Below are positions 1 through 9,470 of a stretch of 64,000 nucleotides of DNA, one piece after another. The DNA comes from Candidatus Chazhemtobacterium aquaticus. Its GTDB lineage: Bacteria > Patescibacteriota > Microgenomatia > UBA1400 > Chazhemtobacteraceae. The DNA is taken from assembly GCF_009936135.1 (NCBI RefSeq), contig NZ_CP047901.1, forward strand, positions 216,984 to 280,983, in the 5' to 3' direction. Numbering within the stretch: position 1 is the first letter of the stretch; the number at the start of each line of letters is the position of its first letter. The position numbers were made by a program, and so were the translations under genes. The notes beneath the pieces are model-generated. The model ran no database searches. It saw nothing but the letters and a program-made list of their open reading frames with translations, and was not told the origin of the DNA.

Positions 1-943
1 GGTAATTGCCGTAGATTTATATGCACTTCAAGAGCTTATCAAAGCCACTGGACCAGTTCTTATTCCAGAACAAACCAATCCGATAACGTCAGACAATCTG
101 TTGGAAAACATTCAGTTTGGCAATCAAGACAACGAATCCGACTCTCAACAAACTCAACTTCTGCTTTCCCTCGCCAATTCAATCATCTCTAAACTCCAAG
201 AAAAACAAATACACCTAATAACTCTATCCACCGTCTTAACCAAATCACTATCCGAAAACCATCTTCTTATCTACTCAGATCAACCGTCCATCCAATCCAT
301 GCTATCAACCTACAACTGGGATGGATCAATTAATAATCCGTCATGTCCATCACGCTTCAATCAACAGAACTGTACCACCCAGACATTTTCTCTCATAGAA
401 GCCAATGTTGGCATCAATCAAAGCAACTACTATCTCGATCGTCGCTTTAACCACCAAGTTAACATTGGCCAGCAAGGACAAATTGACCATACCATCACCA
501 TAGATTACACCAATAACTCACCCAACAACTCCTGGCCTGGTGGAAAATACAAGACCTTCACCAGAATCTACACACCACTCCATTCTCAGTTAATATCAAC
601 CAATTTTGCCGGACAAGAAATTCAACCAGTTAGAATTACTCCCAATCTCGAACTCGGTCTGCAAGAAATTGCCTATATCTACGAGATATCCCCTCAAACA
701 GAATCATCACTCATCATCTCGCTCCGCTCGTCCCAAATTTTTAATCTTACTCAACTTCCAGGCACACTTGCTGTCAACTGGGAAAAACAACCGGGCACAA
801 ACAAGGATCCTGTAAGCGTCACCTTCAATTACCCGCAAAACCTAACTCCTCGTCAGATATCACAACCAGCTACTACCCAAAACCAACAAACTATCTTCCA
901 CAATCAATTACTCCAAGATACTATCTTTGCTATTCAGTTCTAG
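1..943 (+). CDS. C-terminal part of a larger secreted/surface hypothetical protein (possibly DUF4012-like); the ORF is open at the window start
   Basis: Frame 2 stays open from base 2 (VIAVDLYALQELIKATGPVLIPEQ...) to the stop at 943. Asn/Gln/Thr-rich with no catalytic motifs recognised. The DUF4012 assignment is from memory of CPR surface proteins and is not motif-proven. Confidence 0.45.
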   Translation, partial: VIAVDLYALQELIKATGPVLIPEQTNPITSDNLLENIQFGNQDNESDSQQTQLLLSLANSIISKLQEKQIHLITLSTVLTKSLSENHLLIYSDQPSIQSMLSTYNWDGSINNPSCPSRFNQQNCTTQTFSLIEANVGINQSNYYLDRRFNHQVNIGQQGQIDHTITIDYTNNSPNNSWPGGKYKTFTRIYTPLHSQLISTNFAGQEIQPVRITPNLELGLQEIAYIYEISPQTESSLIISLRSSQIFNLTQLPGTLAVNWEKQPGTNKDPVSVTFNYPQNLTPRQISQPATTQNQQTIFHNQLLQDTIFAIQF

Positions 944-1045
944 GCACCCAAGCTTGCTGTCAAGCTCAAACAATGTTAAACTACTGACCCAGTCACGGAT
1001 TAAAAAGTTAAATATTGCATTCAGACAAATAATTTAAAAACAACC

Positions 1046-1804
1046 ATGTCCACCACCAAAGCAAACACCAAATCTACGACCAAAAAACAGATTGATCTCT
1101 CAGTTGAACCACGAACCCTATCTGGACGTAAGGTAAAAAATTTACGCAGACAAGGGATACTACCCGCCAATATTTTTGGTAATAAAATTACCTCGACATC
1201 GATCCAACTAGATCTCAAAGATTTCCAAAAAACATATGAACAAGCCGGTGAAACGAACATTATTACCCTTTCTTTAAAAGGCGAAAGCAAAACAAGACCT
1301 GTACTGGTCAGTAACGTCCACCTCGACCCTGTCACTGATACTCCTCTTCATGTGGACTTTCATCAAATTGATCTAACCCAAAAGGTGACTGCCACTGTCC
1401 CTGTTGAATTAATCGGAACTGCTCCAGCAGAGGAAGAGAAGGGCGCTGTCATTGTTCAAATAATCAATGAGCTTGATGTTGAGGCTCTTCCAGGAGACCT
1501 TCCTGACTCCTTAGAGGTTGACCTTTCAAGTCTTAAGGAATTTGGGGACTTCCTCTCAGTTAAGGACATTAAGATTGACGCTACCAAAGTGGAGATAGAC
1601 GCGGAACCTGATCAACAAGTTGTCCAAGCCCAAGAACCTAAAGAGGAAGAAGTTGAACCTACTCCCTCACCGGAAGGTGATGAGGGTACAGAGGCCAGCA
1701 CTGATGGTGGTGGCGACAAACCTGACTCAGACGAGCCTCAGACGGATAAACAACCTGACTCGGGCGATAAACCTACCTCAGGCGAGCCATCCAAGTCTGA
1801 ATAA
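1046..1804 (+). CDS. rplY: 50S ribosomal protein bL25 / general stress protein Ctc, with acidic low-complexity C-terminal tail
   Basis: N-terminus LSVEPRTLSGRKVKNLRRQGILPANIFG is typical of the L25/Ctc family. Two beta-barrel domains are followed by a D/E/P/S-rich tail. Confidence 0.85.
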   Translation: MSTTKANTKSTTKKQIDLSVEPRTLSGRKVKNLRRQGILPANIFGNKITSTSIQLDLKDFQKTYEQAGETNIITLSLKGESKTRPVLVSNVHLDPVTDTPLHVDFHQIDLTQKVTATVPVELIGTAPAEEEKGAVIVQIINELDVEALPGDLPDSLEVDLSSLKEFGDFLSVKDIKIDATKVEIDAEPDQQVVQAQEPKEEEVEPTPSPEGDEGTEASTDGGGDKPDSDEPQTDKQPDSGDKPTSGEPSKSE

Positions 1805-1820
1805 ATCTCAACTTTCCAAA

Positions 1821-2393
1821 CTATCTCTCCACATCCAGCAACCATTCCATCCTACTGACTAAACTGTCATTCGGGTCAATTCTAGCCGCCTTTTCCAACG
1901 CCTCTTTTGCCAACTCACTCTCACCCAGACTCCAATAATCAATGGCCAAATTAAGTAATAAGGATCTAGACCTGGGAGCAATATCCTCATCACTCAATCT
2001 CTTCACCTCATCCAAAAGCTTCGTTTCTGGCCATATCAAGTCTTCAATCTCGCTCGATGCTCCCAAGACAGGGGAGTCCTTACTCATATATTTCTCACCC
2101 AATCGATACTCTTTCTCAGCCACTGTATAGTCAAACCTCTTTGCTGATTCACGTGCCAAATCCCAGTGGGCTAGGGTAGAGTAGGGGAACTGTCCAGTCC
2201 GGTGCTGCTCTTTTCTCAGCTCGTCATTAACTGGAAACAGGTTCAAACTAGCTATAACCATCATAACCAGGACAGGGATCAGACCTACTAGACTTTTAAA
2301 TATAGGTGAGTCTACTAACCCATCAGACTTACCCACCCTCAATCGTCTGCGTTTAGCCGTAATTCTGTTTTTTATGGCCACTCTTCTTTTCAC
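1821..2393 (-). CDS. Hypothetical membrane-anchored protein (N-terminal basic region plus one TM, helical/TPR-like C-terminus)
   Basis: ORF of 190 aa. The start overlaps the valS stop by 4 nt (ATGA-type coupling). No recognisable motifs. Confidence 0.45.
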   Translation of the reverse strand: MKRRVAIKNRITAKRRRLRVGKSDGLVDSPIFKSLVGLIPVLVMMVIASLNLFPVNDELRKEQHRTGQFPYSTLAHWDLARESAKRFDYTVAEKEYRLGEKYMSKDSPVLGASSEIEDLIWPETKLLDEVKRLSDEDIAPRSRSLLLNLAIDYWSLGESELAKEALEKAARIDPNDSLVSRMEWLLDVER

Positions 2394-4495
2394 TTTTTCA
2401 TCATATCATCGTACCCAGGCCACGAACTTGCGATCAGAATCCCTTCCTCCTCGTTCAGATTTTGCCAAACAAACTCAGTCACAAATGGAACAAAGGGGTG
2501 AAGTAACTTCAAAAACACTACTAATCCGTTTTTAAGCTCACCTGCTGATATAACTCCTTCTTTACCTTGTTCAATACACTTATCGCAGTACCAGTGCCAA
2601 AACTCGTTATACACCGTCTCGGCTGCCAAACCAACTTTCAAATCGTCCAGCTGCTTTTCAACCTTAGTTACTACTTTACTAAGGCGCTTCCTGAACTTTT
2701 CATCTCCCGGCGCCTGATCATTATTCTTACCAACATCACTCATCTTCACAAACCTAGCCGCATTCCAGATCTTATTTGCAAAATTACGCATTCCTCTTAT
2801 CGTTTCTTCACCCACATTCTTATCAGTTCCAGGTGTCGAACTCATCACCAAAGCCATGCGTAAAGCGTCAGCACCATACTTATCGATCATGTCGATCGGG
2901 TTAAGCACATTACCCTTTGACTTACTCATCTTCACTCCTTTTTCATCTCGCACTAACCCATGCAAATAAACCTGCTCAAACGGTATCTGGTCAGTCAAAT
3001 AAATCCCCAGCATCAACATCCTCATTACCCAAAATACCAAGATGTCATATGCCGTCTCCATCACCGTAGTCGGATAATAATACTCAAAATCGCCTGGCTT
3101 ATTGGTTTTTAACGTCAACACTGGCCATTGACCCGAGCTAAACCAGGTATCAAAAGTGTCCTCCTCCTGAACAAATCCGTCCCCTGGTTTTGTCTTACTC
3201 ACCACATAATCCTCTCCATTACCATCCTCCTTGTACCACACAGGCATTCTAATTCCCCACACAATCTGCCTACTTACATTCCAGTCGCGGAGATTACTTA
3301 ACCAATGCCTCAGGATTTTTTCTCTTCCCGGACCATGAATCCTGATCTTGTTTTGATCCAGTGCCTCGATCGCCCGTTTCGCCAACGGCTTGACCCTGAT
3401 AAAAAATTGTTTCTTAGGTAATGGCTCAATTGCTCTTCCGCATCGATAACAAGTTCCCACTCGACTCACATAATTCTCATCGACCTTTTCTATCAAACCC
3501 TTTTTCTCAAGCTCCTCAACTACCATCTCTCTCGCTTTGTCTACTTTCTCACCGGCTAACCATCCCCCCAACTCAGTAATCCTACCTTTTTCGTCAATAG
3601 CCTGTCTTTTTGGTAGACCATGTCTCTCTGCCACTTCCCAGTCGTTATGATCATGAGCGGGTGTTAGTTTCACCACGCCTGTGCCAAAATCAGGATCCAC
3701 GAAACTATCTTCAATAATCTCCATTTCCTCACCACTCAATGGATTAATTACTTTTTTTCCGACAAGACCCTTCTTGCTCTCATCATTCGGATTAACAGCC
3801 AAGTGTGTATCTGCAAATATTGGTTCTGGCCTGACTGTCGCCACTACCACAAATTCTTTTGGGTTCTCAACCAGGGGATAGCGGATATAGTACAAAGGAA
3901 CTCTTCTTTCTTCATACTCCACCTCTAAATCCGAGTAGCTTGTTCCACATTTTACACAGTAATTAACCAACTTCTCGTCACGATAAATCAGGCCATCCTT
4001 GTTTAGTTTAATAAAGGTTTCTTGTGCCAGCTCAACAATATCTTTATCAAGAGTAAACTTATATCTACTCCAATCTGCACTTGCTCCTAATCGCTTCATT
4101 TGCTCGATAGCTGTCTGGCCATTCTTCTGAACATAGTCCCACAACATCTCATAAAGCTCCGCTCTAGAAAAATCAAATCTACTTTTACCTTCTTTAGCTA
4201 ATTTTTTTTCAAAAACATACTGCGTCTCAATACCTGCATGATCTGTTCCAGGTAACCACAAGACTGCGTCACCTTTCATTCTGTGGTATCTAACTATGAT
4301 GTCCTCAATCGTCACAAACATGGCGTGACCCACATGCATTGGATCATTAGCATTTGGTGGTGGCATAATCACACAAAACGGCTCCTGACCCCTCTTTTTT
4401 GCCTCTTTTGCCTCGGGAGCCGCAAAAATACCCGACTGCTCCCATTTTCTATATACTTTCTCCTCATTATTTTTAAACTCGTATGTCTTGTCCAT
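2390..4495 (-). CDS. valS: Valine--tRNA ligase (compact class I aaRS, 701 aa)
   Basis: Carries the HIGH-type motif PPPNANDPMHVGHA, GTDHAGIETQ, and the KMSKS motif. It lacks the long C-terminal coiled coil of canonical ValRS. Confidence 0.8.
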   Translation of the reverse strand: MDKTYEFKNNEEKVYRKWEQSGIFAAPEAKEAKKRGQEPFCVIMPPPNANDPMHVGHAMFVTIEDIIVRYHRMKGDAVLWLPGTDHAGIETQYVFEKKLAKEGKSRFDFSRAELYEMLWDYVQKNGQTAIEQMKRLGASADWSRYKFTLDKDIVELAQETFIKLNKDGLIYRDEKLVNYCVKCGTSYSDLEVEYEERRVPLYYIRYPLVENPKEFVVVATVRPEPIFADTHLAVNPNDESKKGLVGKKVINPLSGEEMEIIEDSFVDPDFGTGVVKLTPAHDHNDWEVAERHGLPKRQAIDEKGRITELGGWLAGEKVDKAREMVVEELEKKGLIEKVDENYVSRVGTCYRCGRAIEPLPKKQFFIRVKPLAKRAIEALDQNKIRIHGPGREKILRHWLSNLRDWNVSRQIVWGIRMPVWYKEDGNGEDYVVSKTKPGDGFVQEEDTFDTWFSSGQWPVLTLKTNKPGDFEYYYPTTVMETAYDILVFWVMRMLMLGIYLTDQIPFEQVYLHGLVRDEKGVKMSKSKGNVLNPIDMIDKYGADALRMALVMSSTPGTDKNVGEETIRGMRNFANKIWNAARFVKMSDVGKNNDQAPGDEKFRKRLSKVVTKVEKQLDDLKVGLAAETVYNEFWHWYCDKCIEQGKEGVISAGELKNGLVVFLKLLHPFVPFVTEFVWQNLNEEEGILIASSWPGYDDMMKK

Positions 4496-4549
4496 TTTCG
4501 TTTTGATAAAAAATTATTTAATTTATTTCTTTCTTACTTCATCATATTG

Positions 4550-4620
4550 TACAAACACAAAAAACACGCTACCTGCGTGTTGTGGTTTCCCAAGCTAAAA
4601 AGGAAAGGTACCAACCTCAA
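4550..4620 (-). promoter_or_regulatory. T-box-like antiterminator/terminator core in the valS leader
   Basis: The minus strand reads UUGAGGU-UGGUACC-UUUCC...GGAAA-CCACAA then AACACGC-AGGUA-GCGUGUU followed by UUUUGUGUUUG. This is a UGGNACC bulge flanked by two helices, overlapping a 7-bp terminator stem plus U-tract, about 55 nt upstream of the valS AUG. Confidence 0.45.
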
Positions 4621-4816
4621 CCATACTCAACTCCAGCTGTAACGGGCCTACCCGGAAAGCTCTACTCCCTATCTCAAACAACTAATAGGTTTCTTCTTTC
4701 AGCTATCGGATGACTAGTCCAATCATCGCCGTTACCGCCATTCTACCATAGCCTCCGTTCAAACCGTCTGTCCTTATCGCCTCGCACTCTCTCCGCCAAA
4801 GGCAAAAGATACATAA

Positions 4817-5824
4817 TCAGCCAAAAATATCCAAACCTGGATCAGGATTCAATTCAAACACATCTGCCTCCTTTGGTCTTAATACTGCCGCGGCACCAAT
4901 CATCGCCGCATTATCAGTGCAATACTTGATTTCAGGCACGTACATCTCCACCCCCAACTCATCACATATTTTCTTAATTTTTTTTCTCAGCAGCTTGTTT
5001 GCCGCTACCCCTCCTGCCAAAAGAACACTTTTAGGATGTTTTCCCTTTATTGCCTTTTCAGTTTTCTCAACCAGACTCTCCACTACCGCCTCATTCACCT
5101 CTTTTGCCAACCCTGCTCTATCACTCTCATCTAACTCACCTCTACTTTTTACCTCGCGCAACAACGCCGCCTTAAGACCACTAAAACTCATGTCATATCC
5201 AGACCCACCCTTCAGTGGCCTAGGTAACTTCACTCCAATAGACTTCGCATTTTCGGCCACTCTTTCAATCGAAACACCACCTGGGTAGGGTAGACCTAAG
5301 GCTCTTGCACACTTATCAAAACACTCTCCCGCCGCGTCATCTCGAGTCCCTCCTAACTCAAACCATTCACTCATATTCTCAAGCCAAACCAAATCTGTAT
5401 GACCCCCACTAACCACCAGTCCGACTCCAGGTAGTTTTGGCTCATCATCAATCCAATTTGCCAATAAATGTGCCTGCATATGATTAACCGCCAACAACTT
5501 CTTTTGGTGTACATAAGCTAAGGTTTTTGCCGTTTCCACCCCCACTAGTAAACTACCCATTAGCCCAGGACCATAAGCCACCGCAATCGCCTCCAGGTTT
5601 TCATATTTCAATCCAGCTTTGTTCATCGCCTCCTCTATAACCGATCCAATCACTCTCAACTGTTCTCTCGCTGCCACTTCGGGCACAATGCCACCATATT
5701 TGTTATGCATCTCAGCCGAGCTAGCTGTTACATTTGCTATCACCTCCACACCATTCCCACTCTGTTTCTTTTTCACAACCGCTGCACCAGTTTCGTCGCA
5801 CGTACTTTCTATTGCCAAAATCAT
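4817..5824 (-). CDS. tsaD: tRNA N6-adenosine threonylcarbamoyltransferase TsaD (Kae1/Gcp family)
   Basis: MILAIESTCDETGAAVV, the HxxH metal site and GGVAANKLLR match the family. The start was chosen at the internal Met (aa 15 of the ORF) so it does not overlap the upstream gene. Confidence 0.85.
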   Translation of the reverse strand: MILAIESTCDETGAAVVKKKQSGNGVEVIANVTASSAEMHNKYGGIVPEVAAREQLRVIGSVIEEAMNKAGLKYENLEAIAVAYGPGLMGSLLVGVETAKTLAYVHQKKLLAVNHMQAHLLANWIDDEPKLPGVGLVVSGGHTDLVWLENMSEWFELGGTRDDAAGECFDKCARALGLPYPGGVSIERVAENAKSIGVKLPRPLKGGSGYDMSFSGLKAALLREVKSRGELDESDRAGLAKEVNEAVVESLVEKTEKAIKGKHPKSVLLAGGVAANKLLRKKIKKICDELGVEMYVPEIKYCTDNAAMIGAAAVLRPKEADVFELNPDPGLDIFG

Positions 5825-5826
5825 CT

Positions 5827-7677
5827 TTATTGCCCCCCAGTACCTCTCAGGTATACTGCCTGCCAAGGTCTATAATTACTATAAAAAGTCTCATCCTGAA
5901 GCACCTCTCCATCTCTGGTCACCTTGTATTCAAAACTTGTCTTAGCTCCCCACGCTGCCCAATCAATTTGCTTTATCACTCCCGCCGGTAAGCTTGGATC
6001 GTCTTGATACAACGGTGGTGGGGGAGCCGACTGTCCCCAAACCTTAGGTTCGCCCAACGTCACCTCTCTTCCATCATCAGTTCCATACAACTCAAATACT
6101 AGCGTCCGTTCGGCCTCGTTTACTATCGCTTGAATCAATATATAACCCGGTGTATCGTTCCTAAACTTAAAATCAACACTTGGATCATATACTGTCGCAT
6201 CAATCCCTGGTTTGGAATCCTGTTCATAGTAAGAAACCCGATATGAATGTGGCTTTCTTTCAATTATTGGTAAACCAGCATCTAAAACGGATCTAAATAA
6301 AGTGGTTGACACCTGGCACACCCCACCACCATCTCCAAGCACTGTTCTGCCGCTACTAATTACATAAGCCGGTTTGTATCCAGTGGCTTGTGATACCTCG
6401 CCCAATGTTTGGTTAAACGAAAAAACCTCTCCTGGAGCCACCAAAGTCCCCCCTATTCTTCTTGCGGCCAATGATACGTTATGCACCCTGTTAATTATTG
6501 AATGAAGATAGGTTGACTTACCTCTTCCAATCAACTCCTTAATCCCCATGTTATTAACCTCCGCTGTCGACACTACAGGCTCCTTTTTCTCCACCGGTGT
6601 CTCTACTACAATTTTGTTTTTGCCGTTAAAGCTATCCAACGCCTCCACTAATCTATCCATCAAATCATCCTCTTTTACAGTTATCCCTTCCTTACCAGGG
6701 GCAAACTCAACTACCCTACCATTCTCAAATCTAAATACAGCGTTTTGTGGCTCACGATTAACCCCCTCAGAATACACAGTAACTAGCTCGCTAATTCTGT
6801 CGCGACTAGTTGCATCATCCCCGATTGCAATCATTCCAACCAACTCTTCTTCACCCAACACCCACTCATTATCTTCTAGTTTAACTATCAAACTACCACC
6901 TATTAATTTCTCCGCTTTTGTTATTGCCTTTTTTACCGACTCCTCACTCACCTCAGTTCTCAACTGCTTCACCGGTAAGGTGATTTCTCGATCATCGAGC
7001 CAAGCGCGATGTTCCAATATCATTTGCTTTAATCTATCCTCATCTACCTCCAAACCAGCCTGACCCTGCTCGTACACAATCTCTTTATCCCCACCAGCAG
7101 TTTCAATTCTCAAACTTGGCTTAATCTCTGTCACCTCTATCTCAGCTGATATACTCGCCACTACTGGTAACCACAGATCTTCATCAATTGATACCTCAAG
7201 GGGTAGATTAACCCCCTCAAAAAAACTTCTCTGAGCCTCTCCAAATCGCTCCCAAATATTTCCAGATCTAGCCACCATCCACGCCTGATTTATCGTCAAC
7301 GGAACACTAATTTCAATTCCTAAATTATCATCATTTAGCCTCCATGCACGTTCTTCGTGTCTTATCACCAACTCTCTCTCACCATCTCTCTCTAAACGTG
7401 CCTCTAATACTTTAGCCGCCTGCTCTCCGGTCAAGTTTCCCACCTCAACTCCTGAAACCTGCACTCCCGGCACGATCTTGCCGTTATAAGCAGCAAGATA
7501 TGCCATCACTATTACCAACATCAACACTACTCCAAAAACCACAATTCCAAGACCTTTACTGCCATATCTCACCATTTTCCATAAGTTAATCGCTTTCTTG
7601 TTTAAACCTTTCTTTTTTGGCATGTCCTCAATTGTATCAGTCAGCCGTATCACCGTCTTTTTCTTCGCCTTCATCAT
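5827..7677 (-). CDS. VanW-family membrane-anchored protein
   Basis: N-terminal basic region plus one TM. The central VanW-like block is GEVFSFNQTLGEVSQATGYKPAYVISSGRTVLGDGGGVCQVSTTLF. A C-terminal beta-rich domain follows. Confidence 0.7.
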   Translation of the reverse strand: MMKAKKKTVIRLTDTIEDMPKKKGLNKKAINLWKMVRYGSKGLGIVVFGVVLMLVIVMAYLAAYNGKIVPGVQVSGVEVGNLTGEQAAKVLEARLERDGERELVIRHEERAWRLNDDNLGIEISVPLTINQAWMVARSGNIWERFGEAQRSFFEGVNLPLEVSIDEDLWLPVVASISAEIEVTEIKPSLRIETAGGDKEIVYEQGQAGLEVDEDRLKQMILEHRAWLDDREITLPVKQLRTEVSEESVKKAITKAEKLIGGSLIVKLEDNEWVLGEEELVGMIAIGDDATSRDRISELVTVYSEGVNREPQNAVFRFENGRVVEFAPGKEGITVKEDDLMDRLVEALDSFNGKNKIVVETPVEKKEPVVSTAEVNNMGIKELIGRGKSTYLHSIINRVHNVSLAARRIGGTLVAPGEVFSFNQTLGEVSQATGYKPAYVISSGRTVLGDGGGVCQVSTTLFRSVLDAGLPIIERKPHSYRVSYYEQDSKPGIDATVYDPSVDFKFRNDTPGYILIQAIVNEAERTLVFELYGTDDGREVTLGEPKVWGQSAPPPPLYQDDPSLPAGVIKQIDWAAWGAKTSFEYKVTRDGEVLQDETFYSNYRPWQAVYLRGTGGQ

Positions 7678-7709
7678 GATATACTCAAACCAATAACATA
7701 CTCTTTCCT

Positions 7710-9455
7710 ATGCCCGATTTTCCAATGCCGCCCGACCAAAATCAAGATCCCAATCAAAATTCTAATCCTGACCCAAATTCACAAGACACCGGGCCAATTC
7801 CTTCTCCTCTAAACATCCCTCCACCCCCCTCGGACTTTACTCTTGACTCATCCACCCCCCCTAACACGACAGAATCATCACCTACTCCTCAAGAAGCATC
7901 CCCACCACCCTCTCCTGGCTCACCTACCCCGTTCTCAGACCAAACACCGCCTTTCCAGGACAATACCAGTCCCAACTCAACTCCGCCTCCACCTCCTGCA
8001 TTTCCAACTTCCGCCTCACCTTCTTCTTCCATGCCACCGGCTGATCCACCGCCACCTCCTCCTCAAGAAACACCTACTCCTGCCACTACTCCTAAAAAAT
8101 CACCATTCAAATTTTTAATTCCTATCATTCTCGGACTTGTTATCCTAGCTGTCATTGCCTTCGTTGTAATCAAGTTTGTTCTGCCCGGCTCCTCCAACCA
8201 AGCTTCATCAGAAACTACTCCCACATCGCCTAATACCAAAACCACTACGATCACCTACTATGGACTTTGGGAGCCGCCAGAGGTTATGCGTGTTGTCCTT
8301 GATGAGTTTGAACGACAAAATCCCAGTATCAAAGTTGATTATCAAATGCAACAATCCGCCGACTACCGAGAGCGATTACAAACCCTACTTACTCAAAAAG
8401 ACCCACCTGACGTTATCCGTTTTCACTCTACCTGGATACCACAACTTATCTCTCATCTTAAACCAGCTCCAGAAAACATCATTACTCCAACTGAAATTGA
8501 TGCCAACTTCTACCCAGCTGTAAAAGACCTTGTCGTTATCTCCAATCAAGTCTACGCCGTTCCCGCGACTCTGGAAGGCCTTGGTTTATATGTCAATCAA
8601 GAAATATTCAACTCCGCCCAAGAATCTGTCCCTACCACCTGGGTTGATTTAAGAACTGTCGCTAAACGACTAACCCAAATAGATCCTAATACTGGCCAGA
8701 TTTCTCGTGCTGGTATTGCTCTGGGTACTACTACCAATGTTGACCACTGGCCTGACATCGTCTCACTCATGTTGCTTCAAAACGGAGTTTCCATGTCAAG
8801 CTTGACTCCCACTAATCGGGTTTCTGAAGTTTTACGCTACTACACTTTCTTTACCAAAACTGATGCAGTCTGGAGCAACAACCTTCCCTCCTCGGTTCAG
8901 GCCTTTGCTGCCGGAAAAGCTGCCATGATTTTAGCCCCTTCCTGGCAAGCCATTACCATCAAAGAACTCAACCCCTCTCTCTCCTGGAAAATCTACCCCG
9001 TACCCCAGTTACCCGACGCTCCAGTTGTCACCTGGGTCAATTACTGGGTTGAGGGAGTTCCTAAGAACGCTTCTCACCCCAACGAAGCTTGGAAGTTAGT
9101 TAAATTCCTCTCCTCATCCCAAGCTCAACAGCTTCTTTTTGACACCGCAACCAAGCAACGAGGCTTCGGCCAGGCTCCAGCTAACAAAGCCCTTGCCAGC
9201 ACTATTGCTACAAATCCAATAGTCGGCCCTTTTGTTACCCAAGCCGCAACCGCCAAAACTTTTTACACCACCAGTCTCACCCATGACGGCACTACAGGTA
9301 TAAACTCCAGACTAAACAAGTACCTTGAGGACGCTATTAACTCTCACCTCTCTGGAGCTAATGAAGCCTCAGCTGTTACCACTCTCCAACAAGGTTTTTA
9401 CCAAGTACTCTCTCAATACAACCTTGTTTCCATCACCCCCACCCCTGCTAAGTAG
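7710..9455 (+). CDS. Extracellular solute-binding protein (ABC transporter SBP family 1-like) with a ~125-aa Pro-rich N-terminal extension and TM anchor
   Basis: The Pro/Ser/Thr-rich N-terminus is followed by the TM FLIPIILGLVILAVIAFVVI. The remainder is SBP-like (ITYYGLWEPPEV...ILAPSWQ...). Confidence 0.6.
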   Translation: MPDFPMPPDQNQDPNQNSNPDPNSQDTGPIPSPLNIPPPPSDFTLDSSTPPNTTESSPTPQEASPPPSPGSPTPFSDQTPPFQDNTSPNSTPPPPPAFPTSASPSSSMPPADPPPPPPQETPTPATTPKKSPFKFLIPIILGLVILAVIAFVVIKFVLPGSSNQASSETTPTSPNTKTTTITYYGLWEPPEVMRVVLDEFERQNPSIKVDYQMQQSADYRERLQTLLTQKDPPDVIRFHSTWIPQLISHLKPAPENIITPTEIDANFYPAVKDLVVISNQVYAVPATLEGLGLYVNQEIFNSAQESVPTTWVDLRTVAKRLTQIDPNTGQISRAGIALGTTTNVDHWPDIVSLMLLQNGVSMSSLTPTNRVSEVLRYYTFFTKTDAVWSNNLPSSVQAFAAGKAAMILAPSWQAITIKELNPSLSWKIYPVPQLPDAPVVTWVNYWVEGVPKNASHPNEAWKLVKFLSSSQAQQLLFDTATKQRGFGQAPANKALASTIATNPIVGPFVTQAATAKTFYTTSLTHDGTTGINSRLNKYLEDAINSHLSGANEASAVTTLQQGFYQVLSQYNLVSITPTPAK

Positions 9456-9470
9456 ACCCCATTCTCTCCA

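Noticed and set aside
606-815. Short plus-strand ORFs nested in longer genes (also 1620-1862, 2567-2863, 7843-8118, 14300-14497 and similar)
   Set aside because: All lie inside or antisense to longer ORFs with recognisable homology. They have no independent support.
4630-4665. CCCGGAAAGCUC resembling the RNase P RNA P4 signature (GGAAAGUCCGGGCUC)
   Set aside because: The motif order is permuted and no surrounding P4/P10-12 architecture was found. The region is better explained as part of the valS leader.
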